DNA of 36,138 bases from an uncultured Candidatus Saccharibacteria bacterium (GCA_964546415.1 CAZJJV010000002.1:1-36138), one strand, 5' to 3'; counted from the stretch's first letter, positions 16,730-25,757 are shown. Notes: a model not told the origin generated them from the letters alone. A program made the numbers and translations.

Positions 16730-17548
16730 TTACTTGCTTTTTTTCTTAACTGTCTTCTTTCCTTTTTTCTTTGTTTCTTTCTTTTTCTTTTTTTCTTCTT
16801 TCTTTTCTTCCTTTTTTTCTTTTTTTGTTTCTTTTTTCTCTTCTTCAAAAGCCCCTGTTAAAAACTCGAAATGCTCCTTTAAAATCTCTGAAGCCCTCTT
16901 GAAGGCCTCTTGGGGTTCAATAGTACCATCGGTTTCGATTTCTAAAAACAGTCTATCGTAATCGGTTCTCTCGCCCACCCTCATATTCTCTACCTTTGTT
17001 GCCACTTTTCTAATGGGAGTAAAGATGGCATCTACCCAAATAACTCCGACTTCTGGCTTTCTTTTTTCTCTCCGGGCTTCCCGAGAGAGATAACCAACCC
17101 CTTTTTCTATCTGAATTTCCATTTCTAATTCTGCTTTTTTGTCAGTTAAGGTGGCAATATGAGCATCTTTATTTACTATTTCCACTTGAGGGGGGTACTC
17201 AAAATCAGAAGCCTTCACCTCTTTTTCTCCCTTCACTTTTAATGTGGCTTTTTGGGGCTCGTCAGAAAAAACCTTAAATCTTAATTGTTTTAAATTTAAC
17301 ATAATGGTAACCACATCTTCCAAAACACCGGGAATAGTAGAAAATTCATGCAAAACCCCCTTAATCCTCATTTGAGTAACCGCTCCTCCTGGAAGCGAGG
17401 AAAGTAAAACCCTTCTTAAACTGTTTCCAATAGTTACTCCATAACCTGGATAAAGGGCCTCAATTTCAAAAACTGCCTTATTTTTTTCTTTTTTTATAAT
17501 TTTTGGCTTGAGAGGTAAGGGAATCACGGTTTTGATCCCAACAGCCAA
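16730..17548 (-). CDS. rpoA: DNA-directed RNA polymerase alpha subunit, N-terminal domain only, with Lys/Glu tail (no alpha-CTD)
   Basis: ALYPGYGVTIGNSLRRVLLSSLPGGAVT and the rest of the alpha-NTD are present. The protein ends ...LKEHFEFLTGAFEEEKKETKKEKKEEKK...KKKSK. The start is TTG at 17548 (or an in-frame GTG 7 codons downstream), and a TAG lies 2 codons upstream. Confidence 0.85.
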   Translation of the reverse strand: MAVGIKTVIPLPLKPKIIKKEKNKAVFEIEALYPGYGVTIGNSLRRVLLSSLPGGAVTQMRIKGVLHEFSTIPGVLEDVVTIMLNLKQLRFKVFSDEPQKATLKVKGEKEVKASDFEYPPQVEIVNKDAHIATLTDKKAELEMEIQIEKGVGYLSREARREKRKPEVGVIWVDAIFTPIRKVATKVENMRVGERTDYDRLFLEIETDGTIEPQEAFKRASEILKEHFEFLTGAFEEEKKETKKEKKEEKKEEKKKKKETKKKGKKTVKKKSK

Positions 17549-17610
17549 GAACTAATGACGATGAATTTTTTATTCAAAGTCACCAGCCTTGGTTATTGGT
17601 TTTTATATTA

Positions 17611-18240
17611 TTATCTTGAATAATACTCAAAAATAGAAGAAATTTCCACTGGTGGGGCGGCCTCTTCCAGGGTGGGTTCCCCTATTACCTTTCCTTCCAG
17701 TTTTTCTAAATCTAATCTTAACCAAGAAGGCGGGGTATGTTTTTTTAACAAATTTTTTAGATTTTGAAAATTAGCTCTTTTAACCTTTTGGGGTTTAATT
17801 GAAATCACGTCTCCTTTTCTTACTTGATAAGAAGGGATATTTACTGATCTTTTGTTCACTAAGAAATGGCCATGGTTGACTAATTGACGAGCCTGGGCTC
17901 TAGAGGTGGCAAAACCTAATCTAAAAATCACATTGTCTAATCTTTTTTCTAACAATCTTATCAAAATTTCCCCTAAATCCTCTACCTTCCCTCGTTTTGC
18001 TAATACCTCTTTAACATATTTTTTAAATTGTCGCTCTCTTAAATTATACCAACTTTTTAACTTTTGAATTTCTCTCAATTGCTTTCCGTATTCAGAAAGT
18101 GGGGTGGGTCTTCTTTTTCCTTTTTGACCCGGAGGATAAGGGCGCCTTACCATGGGGCATTTGGGTGAAAGACACTTTTCACCCTTTAAAAAAAGTTTCG
18201 TTCCTGCCCTTCTACAAATTTTACATTTTGCCTCAACCAT
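17611..18240 (-). CDS. rpsD: 30S ribosomal protein S4 (with N-terminal Cys4 zinc-finger-like motif)
   Basis: CKICRRAG..GEKCLSPKC; LEKRLDNVIFRLGFATSRAQARQLVNHGHFLVN (S4 domain). Confidence 0.95.
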   Translation of the reverse strand: MVEAKCKICRRAGTKLFLKGEKCLSPKCPMVRRPYPPGQKGKRRPTPLSEYGKQLREIQKLKSWYNLRERQFKKYVKEVLAKRGKVEDLGEILIRLLEKRLDNVIFRLGFATSRAQARQLVNHGHFLVNKRSVNIPSYQVRKGDVISIKPQKVKRANFQNLKNLLKKHTPPSWLRLDLEKLEGKVIGEPTLEEAAPPVEISSIFEYYSR

Positions 18241-18255
18241 AAATTATTATTATTT

Positions 18256-18708
18256 TTAGACCCTTCGCACCTTGGGAGGGCGACAGCCATTATGAGGAAT
18301 GGGGGTAACATCTTTAATAGAAACAATATCCAACCCCCTAACCGCCAAAGATCTTAAAGCCGATTCTCTTCCCCCACCTATTCCCTTAACAAATACCTGA
18401 ATTTTTTCTATACCGGCTTTTTTTATTGCTTCAGCCATTGCCTCAGCTGCTTTAGAAGCAGCAAAAGGAGTGCCTTTTTTGGTCCCCTTAAAACCAATCT
18501 TCCCAGCCGATGTCCAGTATAACACATTTCCCTGAAGATCGGTTAAGGTTAAGGTGGTGTTATTATAAGAAGAGGAAATATAAACCCTCCCCTCTTTTGC
18601 TTTTTGGGGCACCTTTAGTTTTACTTCTCCTTTCACCGCTGATTCTACCTTCTCTCTTTCTGCCAACAATTCCTCTTCACTTTTTACGACAACACGTTTC
18701 TTGCCCAT
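18256..18708 (-). CDS. rpsK: 30S ribosomal protein S11
   Basis: [51 protein letters not shown]. Confidence 0.95.
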   Translation of the reverse strand: MGKKRVVVKSEEELLAEREKVESAVKGEVKLKVPQKAKEGRVYISSSYNNTTLTLTDLQGNVLYWTSAGKIGFKGTKKGTPFAASKAAEAMAEAIKKAGIEKIQVFVKGIGGGRESALRSLAVRGLDIVSIKDVTPIPHNGCRPPKVRRV

Positions 18709-18733
18709 AACAAACTAAATTTAAGCTTATGTT

Positions 18734-19123
18734 TTATTTAGGTTGGGGTGGCGGTTTTCTACCACTTCCTACTGTTTTTCTTACATTCCCTCTTACTGTT
18801 CGACTATTCACCCTGGTTGTCTGGCCCCTTACCGGCAATCCCTTAATATGACGAATTCCCCGCCAACAACCAATTTCTTTTAATCTTTTAAGATTAGAAA
18901 TTATCTCTTTTCTCAACTCTCCTTCTACTTTGTATTTTTTTTCAATAATTTCCTTTAAACGATTGATTTCTTCGGGAGTTAATTCTTTTGCCTTCCTTTC
19001 AGGATCTATCTTGGCTTCATTAATAATCTTCCAACTCAAAGACCGCCCTATCCCATAAATATAAGTTAGGGCTATTAAAATTTTTTTATCTTCTGGTATA
19101 TCGACGCCGACTATTCTAGGCAT
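18734..19123 (-). CDS. rpsM: 30S ribosomal protein S13
   Basis: MPRIVGVDIPEDKKILIALTYIYGIG, CWRGIRHIKGLPVRGQTTRVNSRT. Confidence 0.95.
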   Translation of the reverse strand: MPRIVGVDIPEDKKILIALTYIYGIGRSLSWKIINEAKIDPERKAKELTPEEINRLKEIIEKKYKVEGELRKEIISNLKRLKEIGCWRGIRHIKGLPVRGQTTRVNSRTVRGNVRKTVGSGRKPPPQPK

Positions 19124-19138
19124 ACTTTTGTATTATTT

Positions 19139-19255
19139 TTATCCTTGCCTTTGTTTGTGTTTTGGGTTTTTTTTACAAATGACATAAACTCGTCCTTTTC
19201 TTCGGACGATTTTGCACGATGCACAAATTTTTTTTACCGAAGGCCTCACTTTCAT
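19139..19255 (-). CDS. rpmJ: 50S ribosomal protein L36 (38 aa; below ORF-track cutoff)
   Basis: Hand translation gives [38 protein letters not shown], sitting in the canonical infA-rpmJ-rpsM position. Confidence 0.9.
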   Translation of the reverse strand: MKVRPSVKKICASCKIVRRKGRVYVICKKNPKHKQRQG

Positions 19256-19290
19256 AAAAATATATATCAAACGATATGAATTATTTGTTT

Positions 19291-19512
19291 CTATTTTTCT
19301 CGATAAATAATCCGCCCCCTCTTTTCATCATAGGGGCTCATTTCCACCTTTACCCTATCTCCCGGCAAAACCTTTATTCGATAAAGACGAAGCTTACCAG
19401 CCAGATGGCACAATATTTCTTCACCTGAGTCTAGCCTCACCTTAAAACTAAGATCGGGCAAAGACTCAATTACCTGGCCAAACTTGTAAATTCTTTCTTT
19501 CTTTTTTGTCAT
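19291..19512 (-). CDS. infA: Translation initiation factor IF-1
   Basis: S1-like OB fold: [55 protein letters not shown]. Confidence 0.95.
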   Translation of the reverse strand: MTKKKERIYKFGQVIESLPDLSFKVRLDSGEEILCHLAGKLRLYRIKVLPGDRVKVEMSPYDEKRGRIIYREK

Positions 19513-19547
19513 TTAAATTATCTTTTAAGATAACAAATTTTAAAACT

Positions 19548-20939
19548 TTAGTCAATAACAAAATTAATCCTAATTTTCTTTTCGCTCTCAGGAATCTTCC
19601 TTAACCAAAATGGGAAAAGTTTTAGTTGGGCTTTGGCCACATGGGGCGATTCTTTTAAAGACATTTCAGCCTCCTTTACTGATTTTCCAGCCAAGGCTTT
19701 TTTAAAAGATATTTCTTCAACATCATTGTAAATTTTACCAAAAAACTCTAAATTTAAAATTATTTTTTTCTCTTTTATTTCAATCGATTCTGGATAATAA
19801 CTAATCCTTAAAATCTTAGGAGAAAATTTTTTGCTTTCTGGGGAAGTATTTCTTTTTATAAATTCTTTAGCAAATTTCTCCAAATCTGATCTTTTAAAAA
19901 CAATAGTGGAAGATTCTACCTTTACCCGGAATTCAAATTTCTCAACAGTTTGCCCCACCTTTACTGAAGGAGTGGCTTCAATAACCTCTTGGTAGATTCC
20001 ATCTTTCAATAAAATATAATCTCTGTTTGATTCAATTTCCTTTTTTAAAGACTCTTCCCCTTCTTTTTTTGCTCTCTCTATTAAGATATCTTTCGCATTT
20101 TTAATATCGTTTTCTGTTACCTGAGAAACCTCTCCAATAAACCCTCCTTCCATTGGCTCAAATGATTTACCATAGAAAGCAGTATACTTTGGGGTGCCGG
20201 CAAAACCAGGAATAGAAAAAGTCGAAGGACCTATATTATATTCTGGTCCCGGCTCAGCTGCTACCACCTCTACATCTAAAAAACCGGGCACAAATTCTCC
20301 TCCTTCTTCTTTCCCTCCTGGAATCACTACCCTCTTTGTTGATCTAAACAATTTTCCATCATTAGAAACAAATCTTGTATTGGCCACCAATATCTGGGGC
20401 GAGTTAGAATAAGTATTATAAACCCGAATCACCCCCCTGGCTTTTTCTTTTTTTAAGACCTTTCCAGTGGCTGAAAACTCTTGGGAAATTACTGTTTCTT
20501 TTTTCCATAATTCTCCCGGCACCAATTTATTCTCCAGGTTTATTTGACCTATTTCAGGATCAATAGTAACCGTTTCTTTAAGGTTTACTATTTTGCTTTC
20601 TGGCCAGATAACAATCTCTACTTGAGAAAAAACAAAGGTTAAAAGGAAAAAAGCTAAAATTAATGCTGAAAAAGAGAGTTTGGCAAACCAATATCTGGTG
20701 GTAGTAATTTTTTTAAAAACAGAAAAAGGTTTCAAGAATATTCCTTTCAGCTCTTTTTTGACAGGAGGTTTTAGTTTTTTTGCTAAAGAAGTCTTTCTTT
20801 CTTTTTGAGAAACCAAAACCTCCTCTTTTGTTTTCTTTTCGGGAGGTTTTCTTTTCTCTGTGGAGGGCTCAGAGGCTATTTTAGAAACAAGAGGTTTTTT
20901 GGATTCTGGGGGTAAAATATCAAATATTTTCTTTGGCAT
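19548..20939 (-). CDS. Hypothetical membrane-anchored protein (463 aa)
   Basis: Lys/Pro-rich N-terminus and a single TM (LSFSALILAFFLLTFVF). The large extracytoplasmic region contains GVIRVYNTYSNSPQILVANTRFVSNDGKLF...VVAAEPGPEYNIGPSTFSIPGF. From memory only, there is a possible weak resemblance to baseplate-J-like domain proteins annotated in CPR genomes. Confidence 0.45.
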   Translation of the reverse strand: MPKKIFDILPPESKKPLVSKIASEPSTEKRKPPEKKTKEEVLVSQKERKTSLAKKLKPPVKKELKGIFLKPFSVFKKITTTRYWFAKLSFSALILAFFLLTFVFSQVEIVIWPESKIVNLKETVTIDPEIGQINLENKLVPGELWKKETVISQEFSATGKVLKKEKARGVIRVYNTYSNSPQILVANTRFVSNDGKLFRSTKRVVIPGGKEEGGEFVPGFLDVEVVAAEPGPEYNIGPSTFSIPGFAGTPKYTAFYGKSFEPMEGGFIGEVSQVTENDIKNAKDILIERAKKEGEESLKKEIESNRDYILLKDGIYQEVIEATPSVKVGQTVEKFEFRVKVESSTIVFKRSDLEKFAKEFIKRNTSPESKKFSPKILRISYYPESIEIKEKKIILNLEFFGKIYNDVEEISFKKALAGKSVKEAEMSLKESPHVAKAQLKLFPFWLRKIPESEKKIRINFVID

Positions 20940-20943
20940 TGTT

Positions 20944-22647
20944 TTATTTTAACAAAATTGCCCTTATTCGTCTAATACCAGAACCCAAAGATTTCTCTTT
21001 GATAATTTTAAATCTTCCTAATTCAGAGGTTCTTTTTACATGAGGACCAGCGCAAATCTCTTTAGAAAAGTTTCCAATAGTATAAACAGTTACTCTTTCT
21101 GGATATTTTTCCCTGAAAAAGGCTAAGGCTCCAGAATCCAAGGCTTCCTTCAAACTCATTTCTTCTTTTTTTACCTCTAGATCCTCTTTTATTTTTTGGT
21201 TTACTAAATCTTCAACTTTTTTAATTTGATCTGGGGTTAGTTTTTGAGGATGAGAAAAGTCAAATCTTAATCTTTCAGGGGTAATATCAGAACCCATTTG
21301 TTTAACATGACTTCCTAAGACCTCTCTTAAGGCTTGATGCAAAAGATGGGTGGCGGTGTGGAGTTTTACAGCCTCATAAGGAGCCTCTTTGCCGATTCCA
21401 CCAAATTTTTTCTCTGCCCCGGCTCGCGAAATTTTTTTGTGCCTCTCAAATTCCTTTTCAAATTCTTCCTCGTTTACTAAAATTCTTTCTTCTTTGGCAA
21501 TTTCTTTGGTTAATTCTAAGGGAAAACCAAAACTCTGATAAAGATCAAAAGCCACCTTTCCAGAGATTTCTTTTTGGTGAGCGGAAATACATTTTTCAAT
21601 CTCTTTTTTTAAGTACCTCAATCCCCTCTCTAAGGTTTTTTCAAATTCCTCTTCTTCTTTTTGAATAACCGTAAAGATATCTGCCTCTTTTGACTTTATT
21701 TCGGGATAAATATCTTGATAAACCTCAATTACTTTTTTGGCCAAAGGAATAAGAAAATTTTTGGGCAGATCCATCAATTTTCCATATCTAATAGATCTCC
21801 TTAAAAGCCGCCTCAAGACATAACCCCTTTCTATATTGGAAGGGAAAACGCTTTCAGAAATTAAAAAGACGGCCCCTCTTAGATGATCAGCAATAATTCT
21901 CTCTGCTCTTTCATTCTTTTCTTTTCTATTCATTTTTTTAAGCTCCTCCATTATTGGCAGAAAAAGATCTGTCTCAAAAATAGTAGGAGTATTTTGGGAA
22001 ATCTTAGCTAACCTTTCTAGCCCCATTCCGGTATCTACCCCAAATTTAGCCAAGGGAGTTAAGGTCTTGTCTTGGTGACAGTAAAACTGATTAAACACAA
22101 TATTCCAAACTTCTAAATTCTGGCAATAAATCTCAGTAGTGGGACCGCAGGGTCCTTCTTTACCTGTCGGGCCCCAAAAGTTTTCTTCTCTTTTGCCAAA
22201 TTTTAAATTACCTCTTTCAACAGAAAAACCCAACTTTCCCCAAATTTGGATCGATTCTTCATCTTTAGGAATTTCTTGATCTCCCTCAAACACAGTAACA
22301 TAATCTATTTTTACTCCTATACTTTCTAAAAATTCTTTAGCCAAATGAATAGCCTCTTTTTTTCCATAACCCCCAAAACTAAAATTTCCCAACATCTCAA
22401 AAAAGGTTAAATGACTCTCGTCTCCCACCTCCTCAATATCAGAGGTCCTAAAACATTTTTGACAAGAGGCAACATTTTTCCCATAAGGAGATTCTTCTTC
22501 CAAGTAATATTTTTTAAATTGCTGCATGCCAGCGGTAGTAAATAAAACAGTAGGGTCAGAAGGAATCAAAGAAGCAGAAGGAACGATTTTGTGATCCTTT
22601 TTTTCAAAAAATTTTAGAAAGTTTTCCCTTAATTCTTTTGAGCCCAT
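20944..22647 (-). CDS. alaS: Alanine--tRNA ligase, short form (567 aa, no C-Ala domain)
   Basis: LRENFLKFFEKKDHKIVPSASLIP, LFTTAGMQQFK, GVDTGMGLERL, editing-domain HTATHLLHQAL and CAGPHV. The protein ends right after the editing core. Confidence 0.9.
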   Translation of the reverse strand: MGSKELRENFLKFFEKKDHKIVPSASLIPSDPTVLFTTAGMQQFKKYYLEEESPYGKNVASCQKCFRTSDIEEVGDESHLTFFEMLGNFSFGGYGKKEAIHLAKEFLESIGVKIDYVTVFEGDQEIPKDEESIQIWGKLGFSVERGNLKFGKREENFWGPTGKEGPCGPTTEIYCQNLEVWNIVFNQFYCHQDKTLTPLAKFGVDTGMGLERLAKISQNTPTIFETDLFLPIMEELKKMNRKEKNERAERIIADHLRGAVFLISESVFPSNIERGYVLRRLLRRSIRYGKLMDLPKNFLIPLAKKVIEVYQDIYPEIKSKEADIFTVIQKEEEEFEKTLERGLRYLKKEIEKCISAHQKEISGKVAFDLYQSFGFPLELTKEIAKEERILVNEEEFEKEFERHKKISRAGAEKKFGGIGKEAPYEAVKLHTATHLLHQALREVLGSHVKQMGSDITPERLRFDFSHPQKLTPDQIKKVEDLVNQKIKEDLEVKKEEMSLKEALDSGALAFFREKYPERVTVYTIGNFSKEICAGPHVKRTSELGRFKIIKEKSLGSGIRRIRAILLK

Positions 22648-22652
22648 TTTTA

Positions 22653-23186
22653 TTAAGAGAATCTGTCTGCTACCACTGAAGCAACATAGGCCTCTGGTTT
22701 TATTTTTGGCTCAAACCCATTGCCCCTAATTAATCCGATCACTTCTCTAATCATGTCTTTGGTAATTCCCCCTTCTCCAATATCTGCATGGATGTAACGA
22801 AATTGATAATTAAAGTTAATTCCTGACTCTTCAATTTTCTTTTTTAGTTTTTCTTTTAAAATTAAGGCTAATTCGCAAGAAAGCAAAACCTCTTCTAAAA
22901 CCCTGCTTTTCCAATTATAAAATTTCCGATCGTGATAGTGAATCTTTTTTAGAAAAAACCTTCCCCCTTCTCCTTTCCTTAACACCACTACTGCTACCGG
23001 AAAATTGGGTTCCTCCCCAGAAGAAGAATCACATCCCACAATCACATCGTAAAATTTTTCTGGTTTTTGAGAAAAGTAACTTAAAATTTCCCCCACTAGT
23101 TCATCGAGTTTTAATTTTCCTACAGTGGGGTTGTAAAAATAACCACCATCTATCAGGTTTTCTTTTTTTGTCTTAAAATAAGACAT
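22653..23186 (-). CDS. DUF458/YkuK-like RNase H-fold family protein
   Basis: Pattern VIVGCDSS...AVVVLRKGEGG...YIHADIGEGGITKDMI...GFEPKIKPEAYVASVVADRFS matches my recollection of the YkuK family consensus. No search was run. Confidence 0.55.
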   Translation of the reverse strand: MSYFKTKKENLIDGGYFYNPTVGKLKLDELVGEILSYFSQKPEKFYDVIVGCDSSSGEEPNFPVAVVVLRKGEGGRFFLKKIHYHDRKFYNWKSRVLEEVLLSCELALILKEKLKKKIEESGINFNYQFRYIHADIGEGGITKDMIREVIGLIRGNGFEPKIKPEAYVASVVADRFS

Positions 23187-23193
23187 ATTCTTT

Positions 23194-23222
23194 TAATTAA
23201 CAAAACCTAAAAAGAAAATCAA
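23194..23222 (-). promoter_or_regulatory. Putative promoter of the DUF458-alaS-hyp463 unit (leaderless geometry)
   Basis: Minus strand reads TTGATT (23222..23217), a 17-nt spacer ending in TGT, then TAATTA (23199..23194), then 7 nt before ATG 23186. There is no SD. Confidence 0.45.
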
Positions 23223-23226
23223 CTTT

Positions 23227-23946
23227 TTATTGTTTCAGAGAAGCAATTTTTATTATTTTAATAAATTCTTGGGCCTTTAGGGAAGCCCCTCCTATTAAAA
23301 GACCGTCAAATCCTGCCTCCAAATAAAATCTGGCATTTTGGGAATTAACGCTTCCTCCATACAAAATTTTATTTTTAAAAAATTTCCTTAAAAAAATGAG
23401 GGTATCTTTTGCTTCTTTAGCGTCACAAGGATAACCACTACCTATTGCCCAAACAGGCTCATAAGCCAAAATAACCTGACTTAATTTTTCTTTTTTTAAT
23501 CCAGATAAACTCCCTTTTAGTTGTTTTTTTAAAACAATTCTTGTTTTTTTAGTTTTTCTTTCTTTTAAATCTTCTCCAATACAAAGAATAGGATTTAATT
23601 TCAGGTCTAAAGCGGTTTTGATTTTTTTGGCTACCATCACATCTGTTTCACTAAAAATTCTTCTTCTTTCTGAATGACCTAAAATGACATATTTTACTTT
23701 CAGGCTTTTTAACATTAGGGGTGAAATTTCACCAGTAAAGGCTCCTGTCTTTTCCCAAAAACAATTTTGGGCTCCCAAAAAAAGATGGTTTTTTGATGAA
23801 AAGTAAGGCAAATAAAGAAATGGAGGGCAAATTACCACTCTTACCCCTTTGAGGTTTTTTGCTCCCTTGGCCACCAAAGAAAAAAGTCTTTTGGCTTGGG
23901 CCAAATTAGGAGGGTTCATTTTCCAGTTTCCAACAATTAACTTCAT
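23227..23946 (-). CDS. tpiA: Triosephosphate isomerase
   Basis: GNWKMN, ILGHSERR, AYEPVWAIGSG, YGGSVN. Confidence 0.95.
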   Translation of the reverse strand: MKLIVGNWKMNPPNLAQAKRLFSLVAKGAKNLKGVRVVICPPFLYLPYFSSKNHLFLGAQNCFWEKTGAFTGEISPLMLKSLKVKYVILGHSERRRIFSETDVMVAKKIKTALDLKLNPILCIGEDLKERKTKKTRIVLKKQLKGSLSGLKKEKLSQVILAYEPVWAIGSGYPCDAKEAKDTLIFLRKFFKNKILYGGSVNSQNARFYLEAGFDGLLIGGASLKAQEFIKIIKIASLKQ

Positions 23947-24974
23947 ACTTTTTGCTTTCTTAAATATTCAGCTGCTTTTTCTGGTTGAATAGTAGAAATT
24001 TCCATTCTTGTGCCAATCTCAAAACCAGCCAAAACCTGGGTTTTGGGTAAAATAGTAAAATGCCAGTGGTAATAAGGATATTTTTTTCTTCCACAAGGAG
24101 CAGTATGTAAATAAAAGTTATAAGGGGGGTCATTTAAGGCTTTATCCAATTTTTTCATTGCCACCCCAAAGGCCTCAGATAGTTGCCATTTTTCTTTTTC
24201 GGAAATTTTTTCAAAATTACTAGAGTGTTTTTTGGGAGAAACGATCATCTCAAAGGCGACCTTTGAGGCAAAAGGACACAAAACCAAAAAATTTTTGTTT
24301 TCAAAAACTATTCTTTTTTTCACCCTTTTTTCCCATTTGTTCATTTCACAATAAATACATTTTTTTGTTTTTTTAAAATAACTCTTAGCATTACGCAGGG
24401 CTTTTTGAAGATCAATATCAATTAAGGGGGTGGTAATAATTTGGGAATGGGGGTGGGGCTGGGAAGCCCCAGCCTCTACTCCATGATTGTGAAATATAGA
24501 AATATAAGAAACATGAGGAAGGTTTTTTAAAGCCAAATATCTTTGTTGATAAGCATCAAAAACCTCTTTTATTTGACTTGTAGTAAAATGAGGAAAATGT
24601 TTTTGGTGGTCCCGGGTAACCACCAACTCGCAATACCCGGCTGCATTCATTGTTTCGTAAAATTTTCCCTCTTTTCTTTTCTCTAAAAATTCAGCCGGTA
24701 AAAAGGCTGGATATTTGTTGGGAATAACTACCGTCGTCCAAGTTGGGGGAATTGTCTCTTTTTGAATTTTTTTTCCTTTAACATATATTAAAAGAGGCCT
24801 TTCTTTTATATTACAAAAAGGACATTTCTTTTTGGGAACCCTTGGTTTTATCCTCTTTTCTTTTTTAAATGCTTCGGGCCTTTTGGCCCGTCCAGTGGCA
24901 ATCACTACCCAATCTCTAGAAACCAAATCATATCTTAATTCAGAAGGAAAGGTGAATTTTGGTTCTTTACTCAT
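23943..24974 (-). CDS. galT: Galactose-1-phosphate uridylyltransferase-like HIT-family nucleotidyltransferase
   Basis: CPFC zinc motif and HPHSQI (HxHxQ) active-site motif. It has a 4-nt overlap with the tpiA start and an 8-nt overlap with the upstream GT2 gene. Confidence 0.8.
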   Translation of the reverse strand: MSKEPKFTFPSELRYDLVSRDWVVIATGRAKRPEAFKKEKRIKPRVPKKKCPFCNIKERPLLIYVKGKKIQKETIPPTWTTVVIPNKYPAFLPAEFLEKRKEGKFYETMNAAGYCELVVTRDHQKHFPHFTTSQIKEVFDAYQQRYLALKNLPHVSYISIFHNHGVEAGASQPHPHSQIITTPLIDIDLQKALRNAKSYFKKTKKCIYCEMNKWEKRVKKRIVFENKNFLVLCPFASKVAFEMIVSPKKHSSNFEKISEKEKWQLSEAFGVAMKKLDKALNDPPYNFYLHTAPCGRKKYPYYHWHFTILPKTQVLAGFEIGTRMEISTIQPEKAAEYLRKQKV

Positions 24975-25686
24975 ATTTTTTTGTTATAAGATTCCATTTT
25001 ATCTTAAGTAAATCTATAGCCATTTTAATCATTGATTTAAATTTTACCTTGCTGTTGGGATCATTTTTCCAATAAACCGGAATCTCTTTTATTTTATAGC
25101 CCATCTTTTTGGCTAAAATTAAAATTTCAGGATCAAAGGCAAAACGATCAATTTTACATTTTGGAAACACTGCCTCTGCCACTTCTTTTTTAAAACACTT
25201 AAAACCACATTGGGTATCTTCAATTTCCCAAAGTCCCACAATTATTTTTCTCACCAATCTAAAACAATCGCCAACAAACCTTCTAAAAGGGGGTTGGGGC
25301 GGATCCAATACGGCCCCCTTCACATCTCTTGAACCTATTACCACATCTACGCCCTTTTCAAATTCTGGCCACATCTTTTCTATTTGGTCAATAGAGGTAG
25401 AATTATCAGCATCAGTAAAAAGCCGAAAATCACCTGTTGCTTCCAGCATTCCAATTCTTACCCCATACCCCTTTCCCTTATTTTTTTTCTCACAGATGAG
25501 TTTGAGGTTTTTAATTTCTTTTTTCATTTCTTCTACAACCTCACAGGTTCTATCAGTTGAACCATCCGAAACCACAATAATCTCTGAATCAAAGTCTTGT
25601 TTTCTCAAATACCTATCAATCTCCCTTAAGGTATGGGGCAATCTCTTTTCCTCATTAAAGGCTGGAATAATAACAGAAAGCCTCAT
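24967..25686 (-). CDS. Family 2 glycosyltransferase (polyprenyl/dolichyl-phosphate sugar synthase-like)
   Basis: LSVIIPAFNEEKRLPHTL N-terminus and DxD-type FTDADNS; 239 aa. Confidence 0.8.
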   Translation of the reverse strand: MRLSVIIPAFNEEKRLPHTLREIDRYLRKQDFDSEIIVVSDGSTDRTCEVVEEMKKEIKNLKLICEKKNKGKGYGVRIGMLEATGDFRLFTDADNSTSIDQIEKMWPEFEKGVDVVIGSRDVKGAVLDPPQPPFRRFVGDCFRLVRKIIVGLWEIEDTQCGFKCFKKEVAEAVFPKCKIDRFAFDPEILILAKKMGYKIKEIPVYWKNDPNSKVKFKSMIKMAIDLLKIKWNLITKKYE

Positions 25687-25694
25687 ATTGTTTT

Positions 25695-25700
25695 ATTTTA
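25695..25700 (-). promoter_or_regulatory. Putative -10 box upstream of the GT2-galT-tpiA unit
   Basis: Minus strand TAAAAT ends 8 nt before ATG 25686. The -35 is weak (TTTTAT) and there is no SD. Confidence 0.35.
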
Positions 25701-25738
25701 CTACAGAAAAAAGAAAAATAAAACCCTCTCCAGCCCTT

Positions 25739-25757
25739 ACAGAGGTTGAACCTCTGT
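25739..25757. repeat. Palindromic element copy 1 (ACAGAGGT-tga-ACCTCTGT)
   Basis: Perfect 8-bp arms read directly from the sequence. Confidence 0.9.

Noticed and set aside
16720-16848. Poly-Lys/Arg N-terminal extension of the L17 ORF (MKKRKKKQKKKKRKK...).
   Set aside because: It overlaps the rpoA C-terminal tail in another frame. L17 has its canonical MRHLKKGRKL start at 16719, so the extension is a by-product of the purine-rich tract.
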